64,000 bases of DNA, from the IMG/VR virus record IMGVR_UViG_3300042260_000337; one strand, written 5' to 3'. Under the pieces are notes generated by a model. The model was not told where the DNA came from. It saw only the letters and a list, made by a program, of their open reading frames with translations, and searched no databases. Shown here piece after piece: positions 19,489-28,855 of the stretch; the first letter of the stretch is position 1; every line of letters begins with the position of its first letter. Source of the stretch: a virus. Taxonomy: Duplodnaviria > Caudoviricetes. The position numbers and the translations under genes are program-made.

Positions 19489-20616
19489 TTACATCCCCAT
19501 CCACACGGCACACTCATCCCACCGAGTGTTGGTGGTCAGGTGCTTTTCAATGTGCTTCAAGATCATTTCACGACCGTCTTTGCCGACGAAACGACCAAAC
19601 ACATACTGCGGAGCAAACGAGTCATTCTTCTGAATCGTAGGCATCCATTCTTGAGCATAACGCTTACGGTCAAGACCAGAAGCTACAACAGTGTTGTAAT
19701 ACCGATCATAACCTTCAATCAGCGCATGCAAACGTTCAGCAAACCGCTGTTCAAACTTCTCAATGCGTTCTTTCGTAGCATTGGGCAGCAGACCAACAGC
19801 ATCATCGATTTCCTCATTCAGAATGAGAGCAACGATGTTACGGTCAAACGTCACACGGTCCAAAGTCTTGTGAATACGAACATACCAGTCGTTTTTGATT
19901 TTGATCATATGACCATCAGCAAAACGAATGATGTCGCCCTCGCGGTTTTCACGCTCACGAGCCTTGGCAATGTAGTCCGACAGCGATTCGTTTACCGAAC
20001 CATAGACAGGAACCACATTGAAGGGAACATGACGATTGAACGGAACGTATTCGCCAGTCAAGTTGTCACGAATAGCCAACAGAACCAAGTCTGCGGTTTC
20101 ATACGGCAACACAATCTGATTGTCGGGAGCAACATACTCAAAGATAGGAGTTTTGTTGTCGGCAATCATGATTTCAATGAACTGAATCCGTTCTTCGTTC
20201 AGCAACTTTTCTGCATCTTCTGCAATATCAGTCACCCCCATCTTGGTGCCAAGACGGAACGAACCATTCAGGGGAACTGGACGAATCATAGAACCATCCA
20301 TCTTTTCCATGATGGTATGCGGAGCAGAAATATCAATCTCGTTGGATTGCGTTTCAGGACGTTCATTCACGTTGAAGAACTTATGAAACGGACGAGAAAT
20401 CAGTTTGCCTTCTTTGTCAAAGATCAAGCCGCGACATTCACGACGAATAGCACCACCAAGGTCTTCGGGACCATCCATGTCAAACGTGTCAATCATAGAC
20501 ACAGCATAGTTGATGACAGTGTAGTCGCCCTTGTCGGCAACGATGAACTCGTCACGGCCCTCAATATGAGGCAACACGTCATTGATAGTGCGGATTTCAG
20601 GGAACTTATATTTCAT
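19489..20616 (-). CDS. RNA ligase 1 (T4 Rnl1-like)
   Basis: ECRGLIF, RPFHKFFN, motif I EKMDGS, FEY, EG, KIKNDWY. Confidence 0.9.
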   Translation of the reverse strand: MKYKFPEIRTINDVLPHIEGRDEFIVADKGDYTVINYAVSMIDTFDMDGPEDLGGAIRRECRGLIFDKEGKLISRPFHKFFNVNERPETQSNEIDISAPHTIMEKMDGSMIRPVPLNGSFRLGTKMGVTDIAEDAEKLLNEERIQFIEIMIADNKTPIFEYVAPDNQIVLPYETADLVLLAIRDNLTGEYVPFNRHVPFNVVPVYGSVNESLSDYIAKARERENREGDIIRFADGHMIKIKNDWYVRIHKTLDRVTFDRNIVALILNEEIDDAVGLLPNATKERIEKFEQRFAERLHALIEGYDRYYNTVVASGLDRKRYAQEWMPTIQKNDSFAPQYVFGRFVGKDGREMILKHIEKHLTTNTRWDECAVWMGM

Positions 20617-20683
20617 GGTGGTGCCTCTCTGTCTTACTCAAGCAACATAGCATAGACACACAACAGTGTCAATATGTTTTTTC

Positions 20684-20881
20684 TTATTCGATCCAAGTTT
20701 TTGCATCAATCACAGAACCGCAAGACTTGCAGTATGTGATGTAAACAGTATATGAAAATCCTGCTTGCACTGTGATTATGTCTTTGAACTTTTCTGCAAA
20801 GACATGATTACTTTCGTTTTTGCAGCAATCGTTTATCATTGGAGTATCTGGGTTCTCCATACAGTTATTACAATCATCCAT
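20684..20881 (-). CDS. Small Cys-rich hypothetical protein
   Basis: 65 aa with CxxC motifs. Confidence 0.45.
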   Translation of the reverse strand: MDDCNNCMENPDTPMINDCCKNESNHVFAEKFKDIITVQAGFSYTVYITYCKSCGSVIDAKTWIE

Positions 20882-20931
20882 TTTATAACTCCTTTCTTTA
20901 CCTTACAACTATATACAATTTTCAAAAAATG

Positions 20932-21459
20932 TCAAGCGGCTTTGTATTCGGCAAAGAACATTTCTTTACCTTTCGCACAAAGATGGAGAGTAGAAAACCA
21001 AGCATCAAACGACTGAATGTTTTCATTCACATTGAAGCCCACTTCGGCAAACCGTTCTGCTTTTTTCAGATATTTCCGAACCTTGGCTTCCAGCCGAACA
21101 ACGGCGTTTGATTTTTCAGCGGGCGGCGAAGGACGAAACTTTTCAGCATCCTTGGTTCCACGATTGTTATTACAAGCATAGCAAGATGCAGCAAGGTTTT
21201 CCCATTCGTTGGTTCCACCTTTTGATTTCGGAATGACATGCTCAACGGTTACGCTGTTGCGTTTACCATGAACTTCGTGCATATAGCAACCGCAGAAGCA
21301 GCATTTCCAGTTCTGTGCTTCTGCGAGACGAGTTCGAAGATAAACCCATTTTGATTGTTTGTGCGCCAACCGAGCAGTCAACGAGTCTTCATACATTTTA
21401 CGAAAATATTTCGCATCATTCGGAGTCTCGTTGATGATCGGCAGAACGTCAAACTTCAT
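20932..21459 (-). CDS. HNH endonuclease
   Basis: CCFCG..TVEHVIPKSKGGTNEWENL..SCYACNNNRG. Confidence 0.85.
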   Translation of the reverse strand: MKFDVLPIINETPNDAKYFRKMYEDSLTARLAHKQSKWVYLRTRLAEAQNWKCCFCGCYMHEVHGKRNSVTVEHVIPKSKGGTNEWENLAASCYACNNNRGTKDAEKFRPSPPAEKSNAVVRLEAKVRKYLKKAERFAEVGFNVNENIQSFDAWFSTLHLCAKGKEMFFAEYKAA

Positions 21460-21495
21460 ATCTGGTTCCTCTCTGGATACAGATTATGTATACAG

Positions 21496-21515
21496 TGATT
21501 CGTTCCGAATGTCAA
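21496..21515 (-). promoter_or_regulatory. Representative early promoter TTGAC(A/T)-N7-CGAATCA-N3-TA.. (16 copies)
   Basis: Plus-strand TGATTCG at 21496, 22694, 23388, 24194, 24672, 33607, 33899, 35101, 36230, 45788, 45980, 46414, 54191, 54682, 60425, 61670, each 7 nt (one 8 nt) from (t/a)GTCAA. Confidence 0.85.
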
Positions 21516-21916
21516 CCATTGAATGCCAGATTAAATGCGGCAGTTTCCTTTTCTTCATAATCTTCGTCAGATGAAACATCAAAGCTATATCGAACCGCAG
21601 CCTTGATCTGGTCCCCAAACGCATTCACCAATCCATCGGTCCACCGATTAATGATGTCTTCCATTTGAGTTTCATCGGCTTCATAGATGCTGTAACCGTG
21701 GCGGGAACATTTGTCGTCTTGAAGTCCGTAGTAGTCATGAGTTACAGTATCGTATTCAATATCTTCTTGTAATAGTGCTACTGCGCCAGACGATTGGCCA
21801 ATATCGTCTTCTAACTCTTTGTTGCCTTCAAACACAACCATAACAAAGTTATCGGGTTCATCCTCGTTGTCACGAAAATAGTTTGTGTGGAAACTCAACT
21901 CAAACATATAGCGCAT
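21512..21916 (-). CDS. Acidic hypothetical protein
   Basis: SD GGAG before MRYMFEL. Confidence 0.55.
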   Translation of the reverse strand: MRYMFELSFHTNYFRDNEDEPDNFVMVVFEGNKELEDDIGQSSGAVALLQEDIEYDTVTHDYYGLQDDKCSRHGYSIYEADETQMEDIINRWTDGLVNAFGDQIKAAVRYSFDVSSDEDYEEKETAAFNLAFNG

Positions 21917-21938
21917 GGTAGTATCTCCTGTTGTGTAA

Positions 21939-22220
21939 TCAGTTTTGCTTTGACGCAGCATCAAGCAGCGCCATCATTGTTTCGCCCATAAACCTTTGAC
22001 TATCGGCAAGGTCAAGGTTGATCAGTTCAGCGTCATTGCCTTGGATTTGTTTACGGGAGTGTTCAATATCTGTGGCTAGGACTTCTAGGTCTTCTGCGAG
22101 AGTGGGATGCAGATAAGAAACCGCACGAGCAATAGATTGAAGTTCAAATACCGCACTCTGAATACGGCGGTGAGAGGCGGAAGTATCCCGCCACAGTGCT
22201 TCGCGTTTCGCATCCATCAT
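21939..22220 (-). CDS. Hypothetical protein
   Basis: 93 aa ORF. Confidence 0.55.
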   Translation of the reverse strand: MMDAKREALWRDTSASHRRIQSAVFELQSIARAVSYLHPTLAEDLEVLATDIEHSRKQIQGNDAELINLDLADSQRFMGETMMALLDAASKQN

Positions 22221-22378
22221 TCCGCAACCTCTCGCTCTACAACCTCATCACCGTCTTCAAGGTATTCATCACCCATATATTCAGAATACGAGCGATACTT
22301 TTTGTTGAAAACGACTTTCATTTTTCTGACTACAACTTCAACGTAGCCATGGTCAGACGAGGGGACTAAAACTTTCAT
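22217..22378 (-). CDS. Small hypothetical protein (53 aa, MKVLVPSSDHGYVEV...)
   Basis: Read manually; overlaps both neighbours. Confidence 0.5.
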   Translation of the reverse strand: MKVLVPSSDHGYVEVVVRKMKVVFNKKYRSYSEYMGDEYLEDGDEVVEREVAE

Positions 22379-22659
22379 CACAGGGGTCCGTACATAAGTT
22401 CGTTACGGGCTTTTTCCCAATCAAATTCTTCAATCGCACGTTCACCAGCGATGGGAGAATATTTACCCCAAGTAAATACGTAGTAGACTTTCACGTATTC
22501 CTCAAGACCTTTCATCTTGGAACGATCACTGGCCCAACCAACCGCACGAGTCACATCGGTAGTGCTACCAAACACACCATCATAGTCCATCACGACATAA
22601 CCAACGAAGTCGGTGGTTTCAGCGATGTTGAGGATTTCACGAGGGAAGGTCATTGGCAT
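22378..22659 (-). CDS. Hypothetical protein
   Basis: Follows motif promoter at 22694. Confidence 0.55.
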   Translation of the reverse strand: MPMTFPREILNIAETTDFVGYVVMDYDGVFGSTTDVTRAVGWASDRSKMKGLEEYVKVYYVFTWGKYSPIAGERAIEEFDWEKARNELMYGPL

Positions 22660-22710
22660 ATCTCCTTGTTGCCGATTACATAGTATGTGTATCTGATTCG
22701 CGGGCGTTTG

Positions 22711-22989
22711 TCAAGCAGAATATAGAAAAGATTCCAGAGGAATGTATACGCGACCTGGGATTTCCATTCGCTTCACGCATTCCTCTTGTTCTTCTGTTTC
22801 GGGAGCAAACACCAGACTATCAATCATAAAATAACCAGCAGCGCCATCCCAGACGCCACGAAACATCAACCCATTTTTGGCTTTCATAATCAGCAATGGC
22901 TGATCTTCGTCGTCTGTTTTCGGAAACTCCGAAATAGGACGCATATAGTCCAGATAGTTTATACTCACTTCGTCCATTTCGTCTCTCAA
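22711..22989 (-). CDS. Hypothetical protein
   Basis: 92 aa ORF. Confidence 0.5.
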   Translation of the reverse strand: MRDEMDEVSINYLDYMRPISEFPKTDDEDQPLLIMKAKNGLMFRGVWDGAAGYFMIDSLVFAPETEEQEECVKRMEIPGRVYIPLESFLYSA

Positions 22990-23351
22990 TACATCAGGTA
23001 GGTTACAGCTTTGATGTTCGTTTCAGCTTCACCGATTTCAACTGCAACTTTCTTTGCTTCTTCAACCGCTTCAATGAAGGTAAGAGCATGGACCTTATAA
23101 GGAGTCATACGGCCAACAAACTTGACTTCCCAAACAGACTTGGGGACAACGGGTTCTGCTTTTGCTTCTTTGACTTCATGCAGAACACTCACGTTCCGAC
23201 GACCCATGCGGTCCCATGTGTGCGGCATATCGGCTTCAATTGTAGCACAGAACTTGTCAAATGCTTCTTCTGGGGTAGTAGCTTCAACTTCGAGTTCGAC
23301 CGACATACCGCCAATAGGGCCATATTCACCGACGACAAGATACTTGGTCAT
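22986..23351 (-). CDS. Hypothetical protein
   Basis: Follows motif promoter at 23388, SD GGAG. Confidence 0.55.
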   Translation of the reverse strand: MTKYLVVGEYGPIGGMSVELEVEATTPEEAFDKFCATIEADMPHTWDRMGRRNVSVLHEVKEAKAEPVVPKSVWEVKFVGRMTPYKVHALTFIEAVEEAKKVAVEIGEAETNIKAVTYLMY

Positions 23352-23403
23352 TTCTCTCTCCTTGCTGACTACAGATTATGTATACAGTGATTCGTTCAGA
23401 ATG

Positions 23404-23670
23404 TCAAGCCCAAGATACTTCAATCCACACATCAACAAACTGTCGGTCTTCACTTTGAGTTGTCACATTGTAACCAAGTTCAACAAGTTTTGCGTTCACT
23501 TCTGGGTTCTTGAACCGAGCCGAATATCCATGAAAGATACAGTGGTCATAAGGAACACGAATGTTCGTTTTGCCTTTGGTGGCAGCACTACGAACCATTT
23601 CATCAAGTTCCGCCAGAACTTTTTCAAGCGGTGGTCCAGCGAGTTCTTTTGCTTCTTTTGCACTAATCAT
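23404..23670 (-). CDS. Hypothetical protein
   Basis: 88 aa ORF. Confidence 0.55.
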   Translation of the reverse strand: MISAKEAKELAGPPLEKVLAELDEMVRSAATKGKTNIRVPYDHCIFHGYSARFKNPEVNAKLVELGYNVTTQSEDRQFVDVWIEVSWA

Positions 23671-23681
23671 TTCTTTTCCTT

Positions 23682-23963
23682 TCAGAGAAACATAGAACGT
23701 TCAATGGTGACAGGTCCACCCAAGTCTCGCACACGAAACTTTTTGCGAACAGAGTAACCATTTTCTTCGCAGAAGTTTTTATACCACTGTTCTTCGTCAA
23801 TACACTGTTCGTTGGCAGCTTCCACGTTGGTGAACGACCACTTGAGTTGCCAGTTGTTGTCTGGGTCAATGCCGTTGAGACGATAATGTGCCTTGTGTTC
23901 TTCTGGCAAATCTTCCAGATATTCAACAACAAAACGATTGACGGTTTCAGTATAGGTATTCAT
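23682..23963 (-). CDS. Hypothetical protein
   Basis: 93 aa ORF, SD GAGG. Confidence 0.55.
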   Translation of the reverse strand: MNTYTETVNRFVVEYLEDLPEEHKAHYRLNGIDPDNNWQLKWSFTNVEAANEQCIDEEQWYKNFCEENGYSVRKKFRVRDLGGPVTIERSMFL

Positions 23964-23975
23964 TCTGTTTTCCTC

Positions 23976-24155
23976 TCAACGATCCCAGTTGTTTTCATTC
24001 AACCATTCTTGAACAGTCCCCCACACTATCAGATGAGTCAGAACTCCGATGGCGATTGCCCAGTTAGGGAGAACAGCAGGGGCAAAAACCCACACAATGC
24101 CACCAAGAAAGAAAGGAGCAAGAATAGTCCAGAACATATAAAAAGCAAAGCGCAT
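23976..24155 (-). CDS. Small membrane protein (59 aa, MRFAFYMFWTILAPFF...)
   Basis: Read manually; follows motif promoter 24194; two hydrophobic segments. Confidence 0.5.
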   Translation of the reverse strand: MRFAFYMFWTILAPFFLGGIVWVFAPAVLPNWAIAIGVLTHLIVWGTVQEWLNENNWDR

Positions 24156-24215
24156 CTATGTTTCTCCTTAGTGGCTACAGATTATGTATACAGTGATTCG
24201 CCCTCACTGTCAACA

Positions 24216-24458
24216 TCAAAAGTAGTTGCGTTCCCAGTATTCTTCATTTTCTTTTTCAATGGCGACCCATTCATCTATGAGTTCAAGAACAGTGTCGGGC
24301 GACACGATGTATGGTTCTTCCCAATCTGGGTCGTTGTGTGATGAATAAACAGAGCGACCGCCATACTGAACATGAAAACATTCATTCTCATCTTCATATA
24401 TACGAACTCCACCCCATTCTTCATAGGTGTTCCAGTTGGCTTCATATACAAGATTCAT
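24216..24458 (-). CDS. Acidic hypothetical protein
   Basis: 80 aa ORF. Confidence 0.5.
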   Translation of the reverse strand: MNLVYEANWNTYEEWGGVRIYEDENECFHVQYGGRSVYSSHNDPDWEEPYIVSPDTVLELIDEWVAIEKENEEYWERNYF

Positions 24459-24637
24459 GCTTTTATTTTGTAACCTTCAGTTTCTATTCCATATTCGGCA
24501 AGTTCTTCAAAAGTTTTGATACTTCCGCATTCAACGAGGTCCAACAGACAACTATATTCTCGGTATCCTTCCCTTGAAATATAATCATTCTTTTGTTCTT
24601 CCAAAATCTGAAGAAGATTGGCTTTGCTGTCAGTCAT
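24455..24637 (-). CDS. Hypothetical protein
   Basis: Follows motif promoter 24672. Confidence 0.5.
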   Translation of the reverse strand: MTDSKANLLQILEEQKNDYISREGYREYSCLLDLVECGSIKTFEELAEYGIETEGYKIKA

Positions 24638-24722
24638 GATTATCTCCCTTTGTTACTTTACACTTATAAGATGATTCGTATCAAAAGTCAAATAAAAAAG
24701 GCGACCGAAGCCGCCTTTTCTG

Positions 24723-24914
24723 TTATTTTGTTAGCAATTCAAATACGTCATCTGGTAGAACACCGTTGTGTTTTCCTAACAGTGACACAGTTTTGACCGC
24801 AGCAAGTTTCTTGTTACGTTCATCATTTGCTTTCCATACAGCAGCCATCCAAGTAACATACTCTTTTGACGAAGTATCAAACAGGTCTTTTGGGATTGGA
24901 GGAAAATCACTCAT
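24723..24914 (-). CDS. Hypothetical protein
   Basis: Overlaps NAMPT stop; followed by hairpin terminator ~24695-24719. Confidence 0.5.
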   Translation of the reverse strand: MSDFPPIPKDLFDTSSKEYVTWMAAVWKANDERNKKLAAVKTVSLLGKHNGVLPDDVFELLTK

Positions 24915-26325
24915 AGCGAGACACCATTTCAGTTTCAGGGTTCACAACCGCACGTTCACGGATTGCTTCAAACGTATCTTCAAGAAGAAGGTCACCGTTT
25001 TCATATACAACCCGAAGAACTTTGTCTTCTTCACGAGCGTTCTTTTCTTCTACGGTTCGGAACCCGCAGCTTCCAATTCCACATTCGTGAACCAGTTCAA
25101 GGCGACCTTTCTTAGAAAGTTTACCTTTATCAGTGATTGGGTCTTTGTAAACATCAACCCAAACCCCATTCACAAGTGCAGCAGAACACTTCATCGCAAA
25201 CTTCTGGTCATCGCGTTGTGGAGCGCCAAGTAGAGCGCCACCCATACCAAATGCAACGTTGTCGGCACAGAAACCATTTGCTTTCAGGCTTTCAAGAATA
25301 GCTTTGACACTATCCGAATTGATGCCATCACCTTGAATGATACGAACATGATTTAGAAGTTTGTAACCTTTTGCGTTTACAGTTGAACCAAAAGTTTTGT
25401 CCAACAGTTTTGCAACTTTTGTCACAACTTCAACTGGGTCACCAGAGTCGGGACGGACAACAAGAGTTGCGCCAGACTTGATTACTTCTTCGCGAAGTTC
25501 ACCACCCCATAGATTTTCAACAGCGTTGAAAATATCATAGCTGTCAGAAACAACAGCAAGGATTGACCCAGGTTTAGCGAACTGTTTCAGCATATTTTTG
25601 TATGCTTTGACTTCGTTTTCGCGACCCCAAGAAGTAATGGTGCTATGTTCAGCAGCAGGAATAGAGAACCCTGCCATTGGCATTTTGTAGTAGCGTTTTG
25701 CACCAACTACAGCAGCAATAGTGTCAGTCCCCATAAAGCTGACCAAGTGAGCCATGCCGCCAAGAGTGGCAGACTCATGCGAAGATGTTCCTCGCGCACC
25801 GAAGTCGTGTAGTTTGAAGTTGAGTCCAGCAAGATCGCCGCCAGTTTCAACCATGAACTTCTGAATGATTTTCTTGATTTCACGGCTGGTTGTGGCAACA
25901 GTGGTTGGATACCAGATTGCACGAAGCAATGCAGTTTCCAAGTAGGTGGTCAACCAGAAACACTTTGGATCGGTGTTTTCAACAGTAACCATTGCGTTGT
26001 GAACAGGAATCACAGTCCCTTCGGGCGCAGCTTTGATGCGAATAGGAAGTTTCCCGCCAAGTTCCTTGACGATGTATTCCCAACCTTCACGATTGAATGG
26101 TTCCCCATGGCCAGTCCAGATTTCTTCTGCTTCATCCACATCTGCCATCGTGATTGGTTCAAGCAGATACTCTTTGATGAACGCTTGTAGTCCGAAGAAC
26201 ACAAGTTCATTGTATTTTCCGCCACGGCTTTCAATGTAGCTGAATACAGTTTCTGTATTTTCAGGGTATTGAACGAACATTGACGCTTTGTAGCTGTCGG
26301 TATTTAGTAGTAGATTGCTTTTCAT
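24907..26325 (-). CDS. nadV: Nicotinamide phosphoribosyltransferase (NAMPT/NadV)
   Basis: LLNTDSYK.S, LHDFGARG, PAAEHS.ITSWGRENE, VSDSYD, VVRPDSGDP, IQGDG, FGMGGALL, KDPITD.GK.SKKG. Confidence 0.95.
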   Translation of the reverse strand: MKSNLLLNTDSYKASMFVQYPENTETVFSYIESRGGKYNELVFFGLQAFIKEYLLEPITMADVDEAEEIWTGHGEPFNREGWEYIVKELGGKLPIRIKAAPEGTVIPVHNAMVTVENTDPKCFWLTTYLETALLRAIWYPTTVATTSREIKKIIQKFMVETGGDLAGLNFKLHDFGARGTSSHESATLGGMAHLVSFMGTDTIAAVVGAKRYYKMPMAGFSIPAAEHSTITSWGRENEVKAYKNMLKQFAKPGSILAVVSDSYDIFNAVENLWGGELREEVIKSGATLVVRPDSGDPVEVVTKVAKLLDKTFGSTVNAKGYKLLNHVRIIQGDGINSDSVKAILESLKANGFCADNVAFGMGGALLGAPQRDDQKFAMKCSAALVNGVWVDVYKDPITDKGKLSKKGRLELVHECGIGSCGFRTVEEKNAREEDKVLRVVYENGDLLLEDTFEAIRERAVVNPETEMVSRYE

Positions 26326-26368
26326 AATAGAACTCCTCTATTGTTAGATTGCCAAACTCTCTGTTTGG
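26326..26368 (-). promoter_or_regulatory. Two-hairpin 5' leader of NAMPT (AGAGA loop + SD-in-loop hairpin)
   Basis: CCAAAC-AGAGA-GTTTGG N9 AATAGA-GGAGT-TCTATT-ATG. Confidence 0.7.
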
Positions 26369-26409
26369 ACTTGATGACATTACCACGTCATTGTGATAAT
26401 GTCAATAGG

Positions 26410-26721
26410 TTATGCAGCGGCTGGTCTGGATTCTTGCCATTCTTTTGTCCACCTTGGCAATTCACGATACCCAACAGGCCAATCATTTAGCCCAATATCA
26501 GTTAGTTTGCCGCAGCATGGACACTTGAATGATACGGCTGGTTCTTTTGTAAATATACCCCACCCCTCACCAGTTCCCTGATAATAACGAAGGTCATCGA
26601 ACTCAAGTTCAAGCAATGCTTCGCATCCATTTTCGCCATTGCCCCATCCAGTGCATCGATGTTGCAGTGACCAAGTATTTTTTCCGTTTTTTCCCGCTTC
26701 AAGAATCTTCATTTTGCTCAC
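26410..26721 (-). CDS. Hypothetical protein with Cys motifs
   Basis: 103 aa; HRCTG, GCEA, CPCCG. Confidence 0.55.
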   Translation of the reverse strand: MSKMKILEAGKNGKNTWSLQHRCTGWGNGENGCEALLELEFDDLRYYQGTGEGWGIFTKEPAVSFKCPCCGKLTDIGLNDWPVGYRELPRWTKEWQESRPAAA

Positions 26722-27749
26722 CCAATGTTGATAAAGTTGTCGATGATGTGGAAGTGATCTTCAAACATCTTTTCTTGCTTCACGTCTTTGAACGGAACCC
26801 AGAACGCTTTTTCGGCATCATCCGAACCTTTCACTTTCGGCAGTTCACCAACGCCCAAATCAATGTGAAATGCTTGGGTAATGGTGCGACCACGAGACGA
26901 ACGATTAGGAGCATCAAAAGTCTTGGAACCCTTGATAGAACCTTTCAGCACTGGGACAGGAACCTTGATTTTGGTTTCTTCTTTCAGTTCACGAATGGCA
27001 CCATCCAGCATAGTCTCATCTTGGTTCAGGAAACCGCCAGGGAGCGCCCATTGGCCCTTGCCAGGCATGTCACCACGCTTGACCAGTAGGATGTGTCCAG
27101 ACTGCACTACAACGGCGTCTACGGTCATAAAAGTGGGCGGGAAAGGTGCAGCCTTCCATGCTTCTTTATACTTCTTGACCATGTTGTATTCTTGCTCAAT
27201 AACTTTCCACTGAGCAGATGCAGATAGAAAAATGTCAAGCATCCTGCTTCTAGCAGCATCAGGCATCAAAGTTTTGAGATTCTCTAGCGTGTTACTATTA
27301 ACTTCAAACAAAGATTTACGAATGTCAGTTGCGTTGATACCACCAACATCATCAACTTCAATATGATTCTTCCAACGTGGAAAGATGTTCAGGTAGTAGC
27401 TAGTGCTGTCTTTTGAATGGCCAATCAGACCAACATCTTGTGCATTCGGGACAGTAGCATCAACAATCTTTTGAATGGCGTTGACCCATTTGTTGTCGTC
27501 ATATGGGTAATCTGACACAGGAACGACCTTCACACGAGTCGTGCGTTCAGTCTTACCTGGCGGATACACGGCTTCAATCATAGCCTTGCGTTCTTGGAAT
27601 GTAAATGGATTTCGGATATTACGAGCAGCGAAGCTGGAACCTACGACTACAACAACTTCATGTGCTTGTTCAAGTGCAGCATCAATAACTGCTTTGTGTC
27701 CATTGTGAAACGGCTGGAACCGACCGATAAAAACGAGTGCGTCTCGCAT
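26718..27749 (-). CDS. nadM: Bifunctional NMN adenylyltransferase / ADP-ribose pyrophosphatase (NadM-Nudix)
   Basis: FIGRFQPFHNGH, RNPFT, INATDIR; Nudix box GGFLNQDETMLDGAIRELKEET; GSDDA. Confidence 0.95.
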   Translation of the reverse strand: MRDALVFIGRFQPFHNGHKAVIDAALEQAHEVVVVVGSSFAARNIRNPFTFQERKAMIEAVYPPGKTERTTRVKVVPVSDYPYDDNKWVNAIQKIVDATVPNAQDVGLIGHSKDSTSYYLNIFPRWKNHIEVDDVGGINATDIRKSLFEVNSNTLENLKTLMPDAARSRMLDIFLSASAQWKVIEQEYNMVKKYKEAWKAAPFPPTFMTVDAVVVQSGHILLVKRGDMPGKGQWALPGGFLNQDETMLDGAIRELKEETKIKVPVPVLKGSIKGSKTFDAPNRSSRGRTITQAFHIDLGVGELPKVKGSDDAEKAFWVPFKDVKQEKMFEDHFHIIDNFINIG

Positions 27750-27750
27750 T

Positions 27751-27807
27751 GCAAAAACTCCTTTTGCTGTTATGTGAAGGACTCTCTGTCCTTCACTATT
27801 ATTTATA
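27751..27807 (-). promoter_or_regulatory. TATAAATA promoter plus two-hairpin 5' leader of nadM
   Basis: TATAAATA (27800-27807) then GTGAAGGAC-AGAGA-GTCCTTCAC N6 GCAAAA-GGAGT-TTTTGC-A-ATG. Confidence 0.7.
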
Positions 27808-27833
27808 CTTTATTTTCAAATATTTGTCAAGCA

Positions 27834-28844
27834 TCATTCGTCATATTCAAACTCTTTTTCACGAGCGTTCATTACATCCGTAGAAATCTTGTTGAGTAGA
27901 CGATACTCTGCATATTCTTCTGACTGTGAACCTTGGTGCATAACAGGCATCCAAATCTTACGAGTTGCTTCCATAAAGCTATTGACCATCTTACCAAGAA
28001 GTGCTTCGCGCATCAGTTCATACGCACCTTCTTTGTTTCCAGAAATAAACATTTCAAGAATAGGGTCAGAGAAGTTTACAATGTCTGCAAACCCACCACC
28101 AGCATAACCACTGCCAAATGCATGACCAAACGTATCTGACAGAATGTGGTCACGGCTTCCCTCAAAGAAATACTGACGCATAAACAAGTCGTTTAGAATG
28201 TCACGCTGTTTTTGTGCGGTTTCATCATCGGCTTTGATGATGTCATTCACAGAGCCGAGTCGTGGCGATTTTTTATTTGCACAAAACTCCATATAGTCAG
28301 GAATCAATGTTGCAAGTTTTGCGTAGGTAATGTTCTTGAAATAGTATTGGTCAGTTTCCCACCCTTCTGGGATTTCTGCATCTTTACGCTTATACCAATC
28401 AAACGTCCATTCATTCCACAGACGATCAACTACATCTTTACGAATCATAGTAAAGAAGACTTGTCTGTATTTTGGTTGACCTTCATATCCACGAAGTGGA
28501 TTGTTCACACGAAGGCGTTTTTCATGAACAACTTCAAAGAAAGTGTCAATGTCAAAGCCTTCACGTTTTACAGCGATGTCATGATATTGATTTTCGCCAA
28601 CTTCAAGTTCAATGAGGTTTTTGCGAATCCCTTCAACAATCAAGTCAAGAGCGACACCACTGCAATCTTCGCCCGCACCATAGTCATTGTATTTCGCACG
28701 AAACGGAATAATGACAGGATTATATAGTGCCGTAGAATAGCAAAAGCTATCTCGATACGATTCCACGATGGGGAATACGTATACTTCTTCACCAGAAATG
28801 ATCGGTAGACTCGTTAGACCACAAGTTGCGTTCCAGCTTCCCAT
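27834..28844 (-). CDS. Hypothetical protein
   Basis: 336 aa ORF. Confidence 0.65.
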   Translation of the reverse strand: MGSWNATCGLTSLPIISGEEVYVFPIVESYRDSFCYSTALYNPVIIPFRAKYNDYGAGEDCSGVALDLIVEGIRKNLIELEVGENQYHDIAVKREGFDIDTFFEVVHEKRLRVNNPLRGYEGQPKYRQVFFTMIRKDVVDRLWNEWTFDWYKRKDAEIPEGWETDQYYFKNITYAKLATLIPDYMEFCANKKSPRLGSVNDIIKADDETAQKQRDILNDLFMRQYFFEGSRDHILSDTFGHAFGSGYAGGGFADIVNFSDPILEMFISGNKEGAYELMREALLGKMVNSFMEATRKIWMPVMHQGSQSEEYAEYRLLNKISTDVMNAREKEFEYDE

Positions 28845-28855
28845 TGTGTATTCCT

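Noticed and set aside
19471-20655. 394-aa plus-strand ORF
   Set aside because: Antisense shadow of RNA ligase 1; no recognisable motifs, and neighbouring genes are on the minus strand
23663-23932. Alternative minus-strand ORF overlapping 23682-23963
   Set aside because: Competing frame; the other has the better SD and tiling
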